NCBI GenBank assembly: GCA_964517155.1
Contig: CAZFAZ010000049.1
Coordinates: forward strand, 3,012 to 67,011
Reading direction: 5' to 3'
DNA from: an uncultured Thermoplasmatales archaeon
Lineage (GTDB): Archaea > Thermoplasmatota > E2 > DHVEG-1
DNA: 64,000 nucleotides
Both the position numbers and the translations under genes were made by a program. Each line of letters opens with the position of its first letter. Position 1 is the stretch's first letter. Positions 38,023 through 47,865 of this stretch are shown here, piece after piece. The notes under the pieces were generated by a model, which was given only the letters and a program-made list of their open reading frames with translations, had not been told where the DNA came from and ran no database searches.

Positions 38023-39093
38023 TTAAAAACCCAACATACTAAGAACTGGTTTATACCATTCGCTGTATATATTCATTAGCTGATAGTCCCATATTATACA
38101 TATTAGCCCGACTAACCCAAGTAATGTAATCCAAAGCCAGTATATTCCAACGATTTGATCTATTTTTAAACGAGCGATAGCAACACGAATAAGAGTCACT
38201 GAAAATAACACTACAAGCAATACTTTTATAAGATAAAACACAAAGTCGACTGAAATTGCAGGTATGTTTTCAAGGCCTAAAAACCCTGATAGATTATATG
38301 GGAAAAACAATGCAACAATAATACTTGCCATAACAACAGTTTTAACACCATCGGTAAGATAAAACATGCCAAGGTTCCTACCAGAGTATTCGGCAAGAAG
38401 ACCACCAGCAAGTTCTGTTTCTGCTTCTGGTGAATCAAATGGTATTTTAGATAGTTCTGCGGGTGTTACAATAACAATTACTAAAAGTAGTATTATAAAA
38501 CCTATGAATCCAATTATTCCTAAACTACCCCATAATGGATACTGTGAAATAACTGCTAGTGAAAAAACATTTTCACCAACTGTTTGAACATTGTTTTTTA
38601 AAGCCCATGCAATAGTAACAATAATTATTGCTAGTGGAAACTCATAAGCAATCATAGTTGCCATTTCACGTTGTGCACCAATTGTTGCATAGGTACTACC
38701 GCTTGCAAAACCACCGATTACCATTGCAAGACTTGGAATCATCAATAAATAAAGAACTAATATTAAATCACCGCTGCCATCTGCAATAGGTGCGATGCTG
38801 CCAATTGGTAAATAAAGCAAAATGGCAATTGTTCCAACAAGTCCTATCAATGGTGCCCAATTAAAAACCCAGGGTATAGCATTATCTGGCACTATGTTTT
38901 CTTTTGTAAAAAGTTTTACAATGTCTCTGAAAGGCTGCCTAATTGGTGGGCCGATACGGCCCTGCATATGCGCAGAAAGTTTTCTATCGATACCCTTATA
39001 GATTAAACCAAAAAAGATGCCAAATATTGTAAGACCAATAGTTCCTATCACCAGTGTTAAAAACTCCAGTGAAAAGCCTTGCATGTCAACCAT
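38023..39093 (-). CDS. NuoH/MbhM-like membrane subunit
   Basis: RIGPPIRQPFRDIVKLFTKENIVP matches NuoH/ND1 signature (R.GP...G..Q...D..KL..KE); 8 TM. Confidence 0.7.
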   Translation of the reverse strand: MVDMQGFSLEFLTLVIGTIGLTIFGIFFGLIYKGIDRKLSAHMQGRIGPPIRQPFRDIVKLFTKENIVPDNAIPWVFNWAPLIGLVGTIAILLYLPIGSIAPIADGSGDLILVLYLLMIPSLAMVIGGFASGSTYATIGAQREMATMIAYEFPLAIIIVTIAWALKNNVQTVGENVFSLAVISQYPLWGSLGIIGFIGFIILLLVIVIVTPAELSKIPFDSPEAETELAGGLLAEYSGRNLGMFYLTDGVKTVVMASIIVALFFPYNLSGFLGLENIPAISVDFVFYLIKVLLVVLFSVTLIRVAIARLKIDQIVGIYWLWITLLGLVGLICIIWDYQLMNIYSEWYKPVLSMLGF

Positions 39094-39094
39094 T

Positions 39095-39445
39095 TTAGAT
39101 CACTCCTATAACAATGAATAATATTCCTAATATTATCACAAACCACAGTACATAATCACTAGTGTTACCTGTATGCATTTTTTCTAAAGCATTATACATA
39201 CTTTTTAAAGCCTGAGTAAAACCCCAATAAAGGTTACTTCCTTTTACATGCATTTCATCTTTACTATATTCAGGGTTACCAGATAAAAATGCTTTAGTCT
39301 GCTCTGTACCTTTTTTGTAGTTTGTTTTACCAAAACCTCTTATTATGTATACTAAAAGTAATGCTATAACTATCGCAAGTCCTAATGCAAGTGGACTCCA
39401 GAAACCGCTACCTGTTTCTAAACTTTTTAAGAAAGCATCTATCAT
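39095..39445 (-). CDS. Small membrane subunit of Mrp/Mbh module (MbhI-like)
   Basis: 116 aa, 2-3 TM; positional equivalent of MbhI. Confidence 0.4.
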   Translation of the reverse strand: MIDAFLKSLETGSGFWSPLALGLAIVIALLLVYIIRGFGKTNYKKGTEQTKAFLSGNPEYSKDEMHVKGSNLYWGFTQALKSMYNALEKMHTGNTSDYVLWFVIILGILFIVIGVI

Positions 39446-39448
39446 AAT

Positions 39449-41041
39449 TTATGCACCTCCTATTATTGAACTAATATAGCTGGTTGTATTTTGTAGTGCT
39501 TCTGCTGCAGGTGTTACAAGATTATCAACTATTATATTTGGGAATAAACCAATAAATATTATAATGCAAGCAATTAAAGCCATTGCAATAAGCATACTTT
39601 TTGGTACTTCTTTGACATTTTTTAAAGCTGGAATTTCTGGTCCTAAAAAGACAGATTGGAAAATTTTTACAAAAACTGCAAGAATTATAATGCTGCATAG
39701 TATTGCAATAATTGCTAGAATCGGGCTTATAACATATGTTGACTGATATATCATTAATTTTGAAGCAAAACCATTCATAGGTGGCATACCTGATACTGCC
39801 AAAAGTCCGATTAAGAAAAATATAGTTGTATATTTCATATTTCTTGCAAGGCCGCATAGTTTGTTTAGTGATGTTTGTTTTGTTGCATAATATATGGCTC
39901 CTGCTACGAAAAATAATAATCCTATATCAAGAGCATCATTTAATATATGAAATATTCCTCCTTTTAAAGATAGTGCGCCTGCTTTTATCATTTCAGGATC
40001 AGAACTTGAAATTGTAATCATAAATGAGCCAATTGCAAGAAACATGTAACCTATTTCTGCAACTGCAACATACGCAATCATCCTTTTAAAATCAGAGCGT
40101 TTAAGAGCCATAAAGACTCCGATAAAGATGCTGGCTACAGCAAGTGCAACTATCATAACTCCTATTAGTATATTTGGAATTATTATTGCTTTGGCATCTA
40201 GCAAGTTGCTCCCATAAATTGTAAAAATAATTCTTAAACCACCATATACGCTTGCAAGAGTTGTACCAACTAATACAACCGCTACAGATGAAGGAGATCT
40301 GCCATATGCATCAGGTATCCACATATGCATTGGTGCAAGACCTGATTTTAATGCAAGTGCGCCAATAAGCAGAACTAATGCTATTTTATCAAGTAAACTA
40401 TAACTTATATTATTTGCAATAACTGCCATATTCAAAGCATTATATTGACCGTAGAACATTCCTATTGCAAAAAGTATAAACAAGGCACCAATTGAGCTGA
40501 TGACAATATATTTAAAACCTGCTTGCACAGAAAATTTATTATCTGTTCTATAAGCAATTAATGCACAAGAAGAAATAGATGTAATTTCAAGAAATACAAA
40601 GAAGTTAAACAGATCGCCTGTTAGTATCATACCAAGCATACCTGTGGTCATCAGAAGAATTAATGCGTAGTATTTATCCTGGCCAGTTTCTTCTTTCATA
40701 AATCCCCATGAGTAAATCACTGCGGCAAGTGGTAAAATTGCAGCGATTAACGCCATAAAAGCATTCATGGCATCAATTTCAAATAAAATTCTAATTGCAT
40801 ATGCTGAGCTACCAGTTCCTATAACAGTTTGACTTCCGCCAAAAACATAAGTTACTATACCATTTGAAAGAACACTGTTGACCAGTAATAATATCAGTAG
40901 AGAAGTTAAGGCGGTAATTAGAATTACAAAAATATTTCTAAGTTTATCATTGATTTTACCAACAAGCGGTGTAAGAAAAGCACCAAGCAATGGTATTGCA
41001 ACGATAAGCGCTGGAGAATGCTCTGTTAAAAAATCTATCAT
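39449..41041 (-). CDS. mrpD: Mrp antiporter subunit D / NuoL-M-N-like proton-pumping subunit
   Basis: 530 aa, 14 TM; GLAPMHMWIPDAYGRSPSSVAVVLVG motif typical of NuoN/MrpD. Confidence 0.8.
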   Translation of the reverse strand: MIDFLTEHSPALIVAIPLLGAFLTPLVGKINDKLRNIFVILITALTSLLILLLVNSVLSNGIVTYVFGGSQTVIGTGSSAYAIRILFEIDAMNAFMALIAAILPLAAVIYSWGFMKEETGQDKYYALILLMTTGMLGMILTGDLFNFFVFLEITSISSCALIAYRTDNKFSVQAGFKYIVISSIGALFILFAIGMFYGQYNALNMAVIANNISYSLLDKIALVLLIGALALKSGLAPMHMWIPDAYGRSPSSVAVVLVGTTLASVYGGLRIIFTIYGSNLLDAKAIIIPNILIGVMIVALAVASIFIGVFMALKRSDFKRMIAYVAVAEIGYMFLAIGSFMITISSSDPEMIKAGALSLKGGIFHILNDALDIGLLFFVAGAIYYATKQTSLNKLCGLARNMKYTTIFFLIGLLAVSGMPPMNGFASKLMIYQSTYVISPILAIIAILCSIIILAVFVKIFQSVFLGPEIPALKNVKEVPKSMLIAMALIACIIIFIGLFPNIIVDNLVTPAAEALQNTTSYISSIIGGA

Positions 41042-41388
41042 TATTCTTCATCCTCCTTTATTTTACGAACATCAAGTGTGTGATAGTGTCTGTAAATATG
41101 AATAACTAGTGTAAGCATCAACGCAAGTACTGCAACACCTATGACAATACTTGTAAGAGTCAAAGCCTGTGGAACAGGAAGACTCATAAGCCCACCAGGT
41201 GAACTAGTATAAATCGGTGCAGTACTATCTGCGCGAAAACCAAGTGTTATAAGAAATAGGTTTACGCCACTTTCAATAAGAGTGATGCCAATTACGATTT
41301 TGATCAGATTACGTTTAAAAAGCACAGTATACAGACCAATAAGAATTAGCCCAGCAACTGCAAGATAAGGGACATAAAAGACGTTCAT
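41041..41388 (-). CDS. mrpC: Mrp antiporter subunit C (NuoK-like)
   Basis: 115 aa, 3 TM, NuoK-like GITLIESGVNLFLITLG. Confidence 0.7.
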   Translation of the reverse strand: MNVFYVPYLAVAGLILIGLYTVLFKRNLIKIVIGITLIESGVNLFLITLGFRADSTAPIYTSSPGGLMSLPVPQALTLTSIVIGVAVLALMLTLVIHIYRHYHTLDVRKIKEDEE

Positions 41389-41876
41389 TTGCTATCTTCC
41401 CCCTTGCTTTTATTTGTTGCATATGCCATAACAAGAATTATTGCAAATAAACCTGCAATCACCTTGAGCCCAACAGCAAAATTCATTAGAGGAAGAACAC
41501 CGGCTGTGTTAATATCTGCAGCAGTGCTTTGATATGCTACTTGTGTTCCAAATATCCCAAAGAAATTTGTTGTATTTGCTAGGAAGTTAAGGAAAAAAAC
41601 AGAGCCAAACACAAGTCCAAAGAAACCTAGGCTGATAAATGCAAGTGCTCCTAAACTTTCAATTATGGACAACTGTTTTTCTTTGACTTTTTTCATAGTC
41701 CAAACTGAACCATGTGCAATAAGAAGCATAGCACAAGCTGAAGCAACAACTGCGCCACCTTGAAAACCACCACCAGGTGTAAGATGACCATGAGCAATAA
41801 CATAAAGCCCAAAAATAGCAACTAATGGAAAAGTAATATTGGACATTGTTTTTGCAATTTTACTCATCCCGCTCAT
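41385..41876 (-). CDS. mrpB: Mrp antiporter subunit B
   Basis: MnhB signature HLTPGGGFQGG. Confidence 0.75.
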   Translation of the reverse strand: MSGMSKIAKTMSNITFPLVAIFGLYVIAHGHLTPGGGFQGGAVVASACAMLLIAHGSVWTMKKVKEKQLSIIESLGALAFISLGFFGLVFGSVFFLNFLANTTNFFGIFGTQVAYQSTAADINTAGVLPLMNFAVGLKVIAGLFAIILVMAYATNKSKGEDSK

Positions 41877-42145
41877 TTTTTTAGCCTCCTAAAAAGAATA
41901 ATTACGCCTGCAACAGCTGCAAATAAAACAGTCGCCTCTCCAAGTGTATCAAAACCTCTATAGTCAAATACTACAGATGTTACAGCATTGTTTGCACCAA
42001 CTTCTGTTTGTGTATTATCAATAATATAATCATCCATATTTGAAACAGTAGGATTACCAAATTGATGTATGCTGAAAGCAGTAACAATAAAGCAAACTGC
42101 AACTATCGCAAAAAACACTAATGCAACTATATTTCTGTTATTCAT
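41873..42145 (-). CDS. Small Mrp/Mbh membrane subunit (MbhE-like)
   Basis: 90 aa, 2 TM, overlapping-stop coupling within Mrp operon. Confidence 0.45.
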   Translation of the reverse strand: MNNRNIVALVFFAIVAVCFIVTAFSIHQFGNPTVSNMDDYIIDNTQTEVGANNAVTSVVFDYRGFDTLGEATVLFAAVAGVIILFRRLKK

Positions 42146-42399
42146 TATATTTCATCCTCCATGCGTTTTGTTGCTTTAATTGCAATAATTAAAATTGCAG
42201 TAGTAAGACAAGCACCTACTCCTGCCTCAGCGATTGCAACATCTGGTGCCTGAAGTATAAAAAACTCTAAAGAAAGCAGTAGACTCATTGCAGCTATAGC
42301 AATCGCAGCGGCGATAAGATCTTTAAGATAAACTGCAAAAATTGCAGAAGCTATAATTAAAATAGGTAACACAATATGAATTATATCAATTAAATCCAT
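42145..42399 (-). CDS. Small Mrp/Mbh membrane subunit (MbhD-like)
   Basis: 84 aa, 3 TM; operon position. Confidence 0.45.
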   Translation of the reverse strand: MDLIDIIHIVLPILIIASAIFAVYLKDLIAAAIAIAAMSLLLSLEFFILQAPDVAIAEAGVGACLTTAILIIAIKATKRMEDEI

Positions 42400-42806
42400 T
42401 ATTTTTTCGCCTCCTTTTTTATGTTTTTCTTTTCCTTAAGATCTTTACTTACATTTTTTTCTAAATGATCAACGACTGCACCAACAGGTTTAACACCACT
42501 GCGATGAGCAGCACGAGCAATAGCATGAGCACCAGTTGGATTAGTAAGAAGTATTGCTACAAGTGCAAAAGCTGTATGAATAGCCATAACAGAACCATTC
42601 ATATCGCCATAAAACCACATTTTAAAACCTATGAGTATCACTGATCCGCAGATAAAAATTGAACCAAACGTAGTACATTTAGTCCCAGCATGAAGACGAG
42701 TGTAAACATCTGGAAAACGAAGAAGGCCCAGACCTGCAAGTAAGTTAAAAAATATACCTATTATCAAAAAGAAAAATATCAAGAAAAAGAGAATCGTTTC
42801 TATCAT
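42399..42806 (-). CDS. mrpG: Mrp antiporter subunit G
   Basis: MnhG motif GLLRFPDVYTRLHAGTKCTTFG. Confidence 0.75.
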   Translation of the reverse strand: MIETILFFLIFFFLIIGIFFNLLAGLGLLRFPDVYTRLHAGTKCTTFGSIFICGSVILIGFKMWFYGDMNGSVMAIHTAFALVAILLTNPTGAHAIARAAHRSGVKPVGAVVDHLEKNVSKDLKEKKNIKKEAKK

Positions 42807-43076
42807 TTATATATCCCCTCCTTCCAGATACTTTGCAATAAATAAGGTTGATATAAAAGATAAAAACGCATAAACAATTGCAACATCAATATATATTACT
42901 GATTCAACGTAAACTCCAAAAAGCACCATGCTGACAATTACTATTGTATTTATAGTATCAAGACCGACTACTCGATCTGGTGCGGTTGGGCCTTTTATTA
43001 TCCTTATTATTGCCATTATAGCCGCTAAGAAAAGAGTGCCAATTACTGCTAAAAATACAGATGGATCTATATTCAT
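42807..43076 (-). CDS. mrpF: Mrp antiporter subunit F
   Basis: MnhF motif IIKGPTAPDRVVGLDTINT. Confidence 0.75.
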   Translation of the reverse strand: MNIDPSVFLAVIGTLFLAAIMAIIRIIKGPTAPDRVVGLDTINTIVIVSMVLFGVYVESVIYIDVAIVYAFLSFISTLFIAKYLEGGDI

Positions 43077-43612
43077 TCTGCAATCCTCCTAACCCATTTA
43101 TCAAAACTCCCACAAATATATTTACAATCAACAGGAGTTTTCTTTAACGCTTCATTTTTAACATTTATCCAGTGAATATACAAATCATTATTCTCTTCAT
43201 CGATATCAACACTTAGAGTACCTGGTGTAAGAGTAATAGAGTTTGCAAGCATTGCAACACCAAGATCAGTTTTTAGATTAGGTGAAATCCTTACGATACC
43301 TGGGTTTATTTTACCAGTGATTACTCTGTAAGCAACATCTATATTTGCTTTTGCAAGAGAAATAAAAAATGGTCCAATAATATAAGCTAAGAACATAAAC
43401 CATCTTACAGGATTTGCCATTCTAAAGCTTTTTTTAACAAAAAGTTTCCTTGCAATAAATCCAACAATCATAGATAAAATAATTCCAAATATTATTTCTT
43501 CATAACTCCATAAGTTGAGTCCTAAAAAATTTGATCCTTCTGTTGCACTACCTATTGTAAACATCAGGTATGCAATGAAACTAACAAGGGTTGTAACAAC
43601 AAATGCTAACAT
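43073..43612 (-). CDS. mrpE: Mrp antiporter subunit E
   Basis: 179 aa, 2 N-terminal TM then soluble domain; first gene of operon, as MbhA/MnhE. Confidence 0.6.
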   Translation of the reverse strand: MLAFVVTTLVSFIAYLMFTIGSATEGSNFLGLNLWSYEEIIFGIILSMIVGFIARKLFVKKSFRMANPVRWFMFLAYIIGPFFISLAKANIDVAYRVITGKINPGIVRISPNLKTDLGVAMLANSITLTPGTLSVDIDEENNDLYIHWINVKNEALKKTPVDCKYICGSFDKWVRRIAE

Positions 43613-43757
43613 ATTTTTCCTCCCGGTAATATTACATTTAGTTAGTTCAGTGTAATTATAAGGGTTTTTAAAATGTTATGGTTTTAAAAAGACAAAACAT
43701 CAAAAGTAATATACAGCAAACATATATATGTGATAAAACCAAGGGAAGTTAATTTAA

Positions 43758-44426
43758 ATGAATGTTAAACTGATAGGTTTTACTCCTAATCCAGAAAAAA
43801 TTCCTGCTATGGCTGCTAAACTTACACATAGTAAAATAAAGCCTGAAGAACTAGACAAAACTTCTGATAAAGAATTAAAAATAATACTTGAGCAAGTCAT
43901 GAAGCTTGGTCATACAAGTGTTATAGAGCATACTAGTTTTACTTTTGCAATTAGTGATGTAAGCCGTAGTCTAACACATCAACTAGTGAGGCATCGTATA
44001 GCTAGTTACGCTCAACAGAGCCAGAGATATGTAGATTTTAAAGAACCAAATTATGTAACGCCACCTAAAATCGAAAAAAATAAGGAAATGAAAAAAGCAT
44101 ATGATGAAACGATGACCAGCATCTGGGAACAATATAATAAACTTCTAAAGATGGGTATACCTGCAGAAGATAGCCGTTTTATTTTACCCAATGCGGCTTG
44201 TACAAATATTATTGTTACTATGAATGCTAGAAGTCTTCTAAATTTCTTTGAATTAAGATGCTGTCAGCATGCTCAATGGGAGATAAGACAACTTGCAAAT
44301 AAAATGCTTAAAGAAGTAAAAAAAGTAGCACCAGTGATTTTTAAAAATGCAGGACCTGCTTGTAAAACAAAAAATATTTGTCCTGAAAATAAGAAAGATT
44401 GTCCTTTATATCCAAAAAAGAGATGA
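43758..44426 (+). CDS. thyX: Flavin-dependent thymidylate synthase
   Basis: ThyX signature RHR...S (QLVRHRIASYAQQSQRY) and Y-containing substrate motif. Confidence 0.9.
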   Translation: MNVKLIGFTPNPEKIPAMAAKLTHSKIKPEELDKTSDKELKIILEQVMKLGHTSVIEHTSFTFAISDVSRSLTHQLVRHRIASYAQQSQRYVDFKEPNYVTPPKIEKNKEMKKAYDETMTSIWEQYNKLLKMGIPAEDSRFILPNAACTNIIVTMNARSLLNFFELRCCQHAQWEIRQLANKMLKEVKKVAPVIFKNAGPACKTKNICPENKKDCPLYPKKR

Positions 44427-44433
44427 AGAGATT

Positions 44434-45084
44434 ATGAACAGACCCCATGTTATTATAAATTGTGCGATGAGTGCAGATGGAAAAATTGCTACACCTGCAG
44501 GTAAACAACTTCGCATATCAAACGAAGAAGATATAAAAAGGATGTATAGTCTGCGAAACAGTTCAGATGCAGTACTAGTGGGAGTAAATACTGTTCTTTC
44601 TGATAATCCAAAACTAACAGTTAAAGAAACATATATATCAAATCCAAAAAACCCTATTCGTGTTATTCTTGACACTCATTGTAGAACAAAACCAGATTCA
44701 TTAGCCGTTGATACCCAAGCAAAAACAATAATTATTACAAATGGAAAATGTGATAGGATTTATTCAGAAAATGTTGAAGTAATACAATGTGATGTAGATT
44801 ATGAAGGTTTAATTGATATTGAAAAAATGCTGGATGTCCTGTATAATAAAGGTATAAAAAAACTCCTAGTTGAAGGAGGTAGTACAGTTATTTGGAATTT
44901 TCTAAAGCATGGTCTTGTTGATGATTTTTTTATATATATCGGCCCAATAATCATAGGTGGAAAATATACGCCATCTGTTGCTGATGGTGAAGGAATAGAT
45001 GAAAATAACCCAATTAGCATGAAAATTGTTGATATGAAAAGATTTGGGGAAGGAATATTAGTCCATTATCAACTGATAAAATGA
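44434..45084 (+). CDS. RibD-C-terminal-domain-like reductase (DHFR fold; diaminohydroxyphosphoribosylaminopyrimidine reductase or DHFR surrogate)
   Basis: Start refined to internal Met MNRPHVIINCAMSADGKIA (typical RibG/DHFR-like N-terminus; the ORF-track start at 44347 overlaps thyX by 80 nt); GGSTV...FIYIGP C-terminal region. Confidence 0.7.
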   Translation: MNRPHVIINCAMSADGKIATPAGKQLRISNEEDIKRMYSLRNSSDAVLVGVNTVLSDNPKLTVKETYISNPKNPIRVILDTHCRTKPDSLAVDTQAKTIIITNGKCDRIYSENVEVIQCDVDYEGLIDIEKMLDVLYNKGIKKLLVEGGSTVIWNFLKHGLVDDFFIYIGPIIIGGKYTPSVADGEGIDENNPISMKIVDMKRFGEGILVHYQLIK

Positions 45085-45533
45085 AATTTTTATGCGATCA
45101 AATGCTAGGTACACTTGCTAAATGGCTGCGCATATATGGTTTTGATACACTTTATGCCAATTCTACAATGTCAGATGATAAACTAATTATTATTTCTAAA
45201 AAAGAAAATAGATGTTTGATTACAAGGGATGAAGAACTTGCTTTTAGATCTAAAAAAGAAAACATAAATGTGATACATTTTAAGATTAAGGAATTAGATG
45301 AACAACTAACTCTTGTATTGCGCGGTTTAGAAATAGATAAAGATAAAATTCTTTCACGATGTATAGTTTGCAACTCTGATTTATCTGAAATTAAAAAAGA
45401 CAAGGTTGTAGATAAAGTTCCAGAAAAAGTTTTTCAAAATCATGAAAAATTTTGGTTTTGTAAAAAATGCGACAAAATCTATTGGCAGGGTAGCCATTAC
45501 GATAAAATGATTCAAAAGGCTTTAAAATTATAG
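45081..45533 (+). CDS. Mut7-C domain (PIN-like plus zinc-ribbon) protein
   Basis: MKFLCDQMLGTLAKWLRIYGFDT N-terminus and C-terminal CIVCN...CKKCDKIYWQGSH zinc ribbon typical of DUF82/Mut7-C. Confidence 0.55.
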   Translation: MKFLCDQMLGTLAKWLRIYGFDTLYANSTMSDDKLIIISKKENRCLITRDEELAFRSKKENINVIHFKIKELDEQLTLVLRGLEIDKDKILSRCIVCNSDLSEIKKDKVVDKVPEKVFQNHEKFWFCKKCDKIYWQGSHYDKMIQKALKL

Positions 45534-45824
45534 CATTTGTACCATTTGAGCATGTGGTATACCTTTTATTTTTATTATACTCTCGGAGTCAATCAACCCC
45601 ATTTCTATTGCACAATTTACGGTTTCTTCCCCCACCAGATTTGCGATTGTTGCATCTTTTAAAAATTCTTTTAGAATTTCAGGTGTAACTCTGTCTCCAT
45701 CGTAGAACTCTGGTCTAACTTCAATTTGGTATTTACCTTCTTCAAATGTTTTACCGATTAGGTTTTCATCGCATGCGCCAATTAAGACATCTTTTCCTCG
45801 TTTGTAGATTTTAACGCATATCAT
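45528..45824 (-). CDS. Conserved small archaeal protein of unknown function
   Basis: 98 aa, no TM, hydrophilic; compact fold-like composition. Confidence 0.35.
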   Translation of the reverse strand: MICVKIYKRGKDVLIGACDENLIGKTFEEGKYQIEVRPEFYDGDRVTPEILKEFLKDATIANLVGEETVNCAIEMGLIDSESIIKIKGIPHAQMVQML

Positions 45825-46117
45825 GTATTTTTTTCTCCTTGTGCTGTTGTTCTCAATAATAATGTTAGAAATTGATTATTTATATCTCTTTCTTAAAATA
45901 TACTTTATTTTTAAGAGATATTGTATCAATCAAACAATCATGCTGTCAACTCATTATCTAGCTATCAAAAAACGACATTTTTATAGAAAAATATTTATAA
46001 TAGTTATATCAAGCAAATGATATTTTTTTCAAAACCGTAATTCTAAATATTAAAAATCATATACATATTTTTACACACAGGGAGAATAAAAAAAAGTTTT
46101 TTAGTTGGAAGGACAGA

Positions 46118-47782
46118 ATGAAAAACATTATCAAGACATTTTCAGAACATGGTACCTTAATTCAACAGGATACATTAGATTACATCATGTCAAAAAAAGA
46201 TCCATATGAATTCACATCGTATCTAACACAAAACCTTATAGAATATCCACTTGTGCTAACATTAGATCACATAAAAAAAATTGAAAACAAAAATCAAAAA
46301 CAAGAAGAAATAGAAACAAAACCAGTTCAACCACTTGCTCAAAACAAAGAATTTCAGACAAAAATGTTATCTGCCATCTATAGTGGAGAAATAGGAAAAA
46401 AAAAGTTTTTTGAAGGTGAATTAGACTACGAAGATTCAGATGAAGAAGATGAAACACTTGAAGAACAAATAAGTGAGCTGAAACCAAACATAATCACACT
46501 TAAAAAAGTAAAAGGATGGAAACCACTTGCAAAAGAATACTCTCCAGAGATACAAATATTTAAAGACGTAACTGGAAACAGTACATGTGAAGGTACAACA
46601 GATGATTTTAATAAGTTATTCATGAATCGTTTCAACTCAATAAAAAAAATACTTAGAAATCAAAGACGAGAACTAGCAAACGCAATACCAATAAGCAGAA
46701 TAAAAAACAGCGGGCTAAAAGATATGCAGATAGTCGGAATCGTAAAAGAAGTAAGAAACACGACAAACGGCCATCGATTAATAGAACTAGAAGATGAAAC
46801 AGGAATCGCTATCTGTATCGCACTAAAAAACAACAGAGAACTAATTCAAAATGCAAATGAAGTAGTTCTTGACGAAATAATAGGACTGCGCGGTCAATTA
46901 AGCAAAAATGGTGATTTATTTGTCATAAATAATATAGTATCTCCAGATATAAGTATACAAAATCAAAGACACAAAGCTGAAATTCCAGTATGTGCTGCTT
47001 TTTTATCAGATATACATATCGGAAGTAAACAATTCATGGAAAAAGAATGGCAAGGATTTCTCAGATGGCTAAATGGAGAGATGGGAAACAGCCGACAAAA
47101 AGATGTTGCAGGAAAAATAAAATACCTTGTAATACCAGGTGACGTAGTAGATGGAATAGGAATATATCCGAATCAAGAAAAAGAACTATCCATAGTAGAT
47201 GTCTACAGACAATACGAAGCACTAGCAGAACAATTAAGTTTAATCCCCGAACATATCTCAATAATTATGCAGCCTGGAAACCATGATGCAGTAAGACCTG
47301 CAGAGCCACAACCAACATTTGAAAAAGAAATACAAGACTTATTTACAGGAAGAGACATAAAATTTGTTGGAAACCCTTGTTATTTTTCGCTTCATGGTGT
47401 AGAAATACTTTCATATCACGGGCAAAGCCTGCTTGATTTTGCAACAAATATACAGCATCTAAAATATAATGATCCTGTTGAAACTATGAAAGTAATGCTT
47501 AAAAAACATCATCTAGCACCAACATACGGTGGATATACACCTCTTGCACCAGAACACTTAGATTATATGGTAATAGACAAAATACCAGATATTTTTGTCA
47601 CGGGGCACGTACATCTTGCACAAATTAGCGAATACCGTGGTGTAACATTAATCAATGCAAGCAGCTGGCAGTCACAAACAAGCTATCAAAAGATGCTTAA
47701 TTTTATTCCCGATTCTGCAAAACTGCCGATTGCTGATTTAAAAACTGGTAATGTAACAATGATGGATTTCAACAACAAATAA
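46118..47782 (+). CDS. dp1: DNA polymerase D small subunit (DP1; Mre11-like 3'-5' exonuclease)
   Basis: DP1 N-terminal domain, OB fold, calcineurin-like phosphoesterase motifs (DIHIGS, GDVVD, GNHD, GHVH). Confidence 0.9.
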   Translation: MKNIIKTFSEHGTLIQQDTLDYIMSKKDPYEFTSYLTQNLIEYPLVLTLDHIKKIENKNQKQEEIETKPVQPLAQNKEFQTKMLSAIYSGEIGKKKFFEGELDYEDSDEEDETLEEQISELKPNIITLKKVKGWKPLAKEYSPEIQIFKDVTGNSTCEGTTDDFNKLFMNRFNSIKKILRNQRRELANAIPISRIKNSGLKDMQIVGIVKEVRNTTNGHRLIELEDETGIAICIALKNNRELIQNANEVVLDEIIGLRGQLSKNGDLFVINNIVSPDISIQNQRHKAEIPVCAAFLSDIHIGSKQFMEKEWQGFLRWLNGEMGNSRQKDVAGKIKYLVIPGDVVDGIGIYPNQEKELSIVDVYRQYEALAEQLSLIPEHISIIMQPGNHDAVRPAEPQPTFEKEIQDLFTGRDIKFVGNPCYFSLHGVEILSYHGQSLLDFATNIQHLKYNDPVETMKVMLKKHHLAPTYGGYTPLAPEHLDYMVIDKIPDIFVTGHVHLAQISEYRGVTLINASSWQSQTSYQKMLNFIPDSAKLPIADLKTGNVTMMDFNNK

Positions 47783-47865
47783 AAATCATACTTTTTTTAT
47801 AAAAGAAAATCACACAAAACTTTAAACACTTATTTTGCATTAGAAACTTTTACCAAGTTTTTAGG

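Noticed and set aside
44347-44433. Upstream extension of the RibD-like reductase ORF overlapping thyX by 80 nt
   Set aside because: The internal Met at 44434 gives the typical MNRPHVII N-terminus and removes the overlap; the extension is probably not translated.
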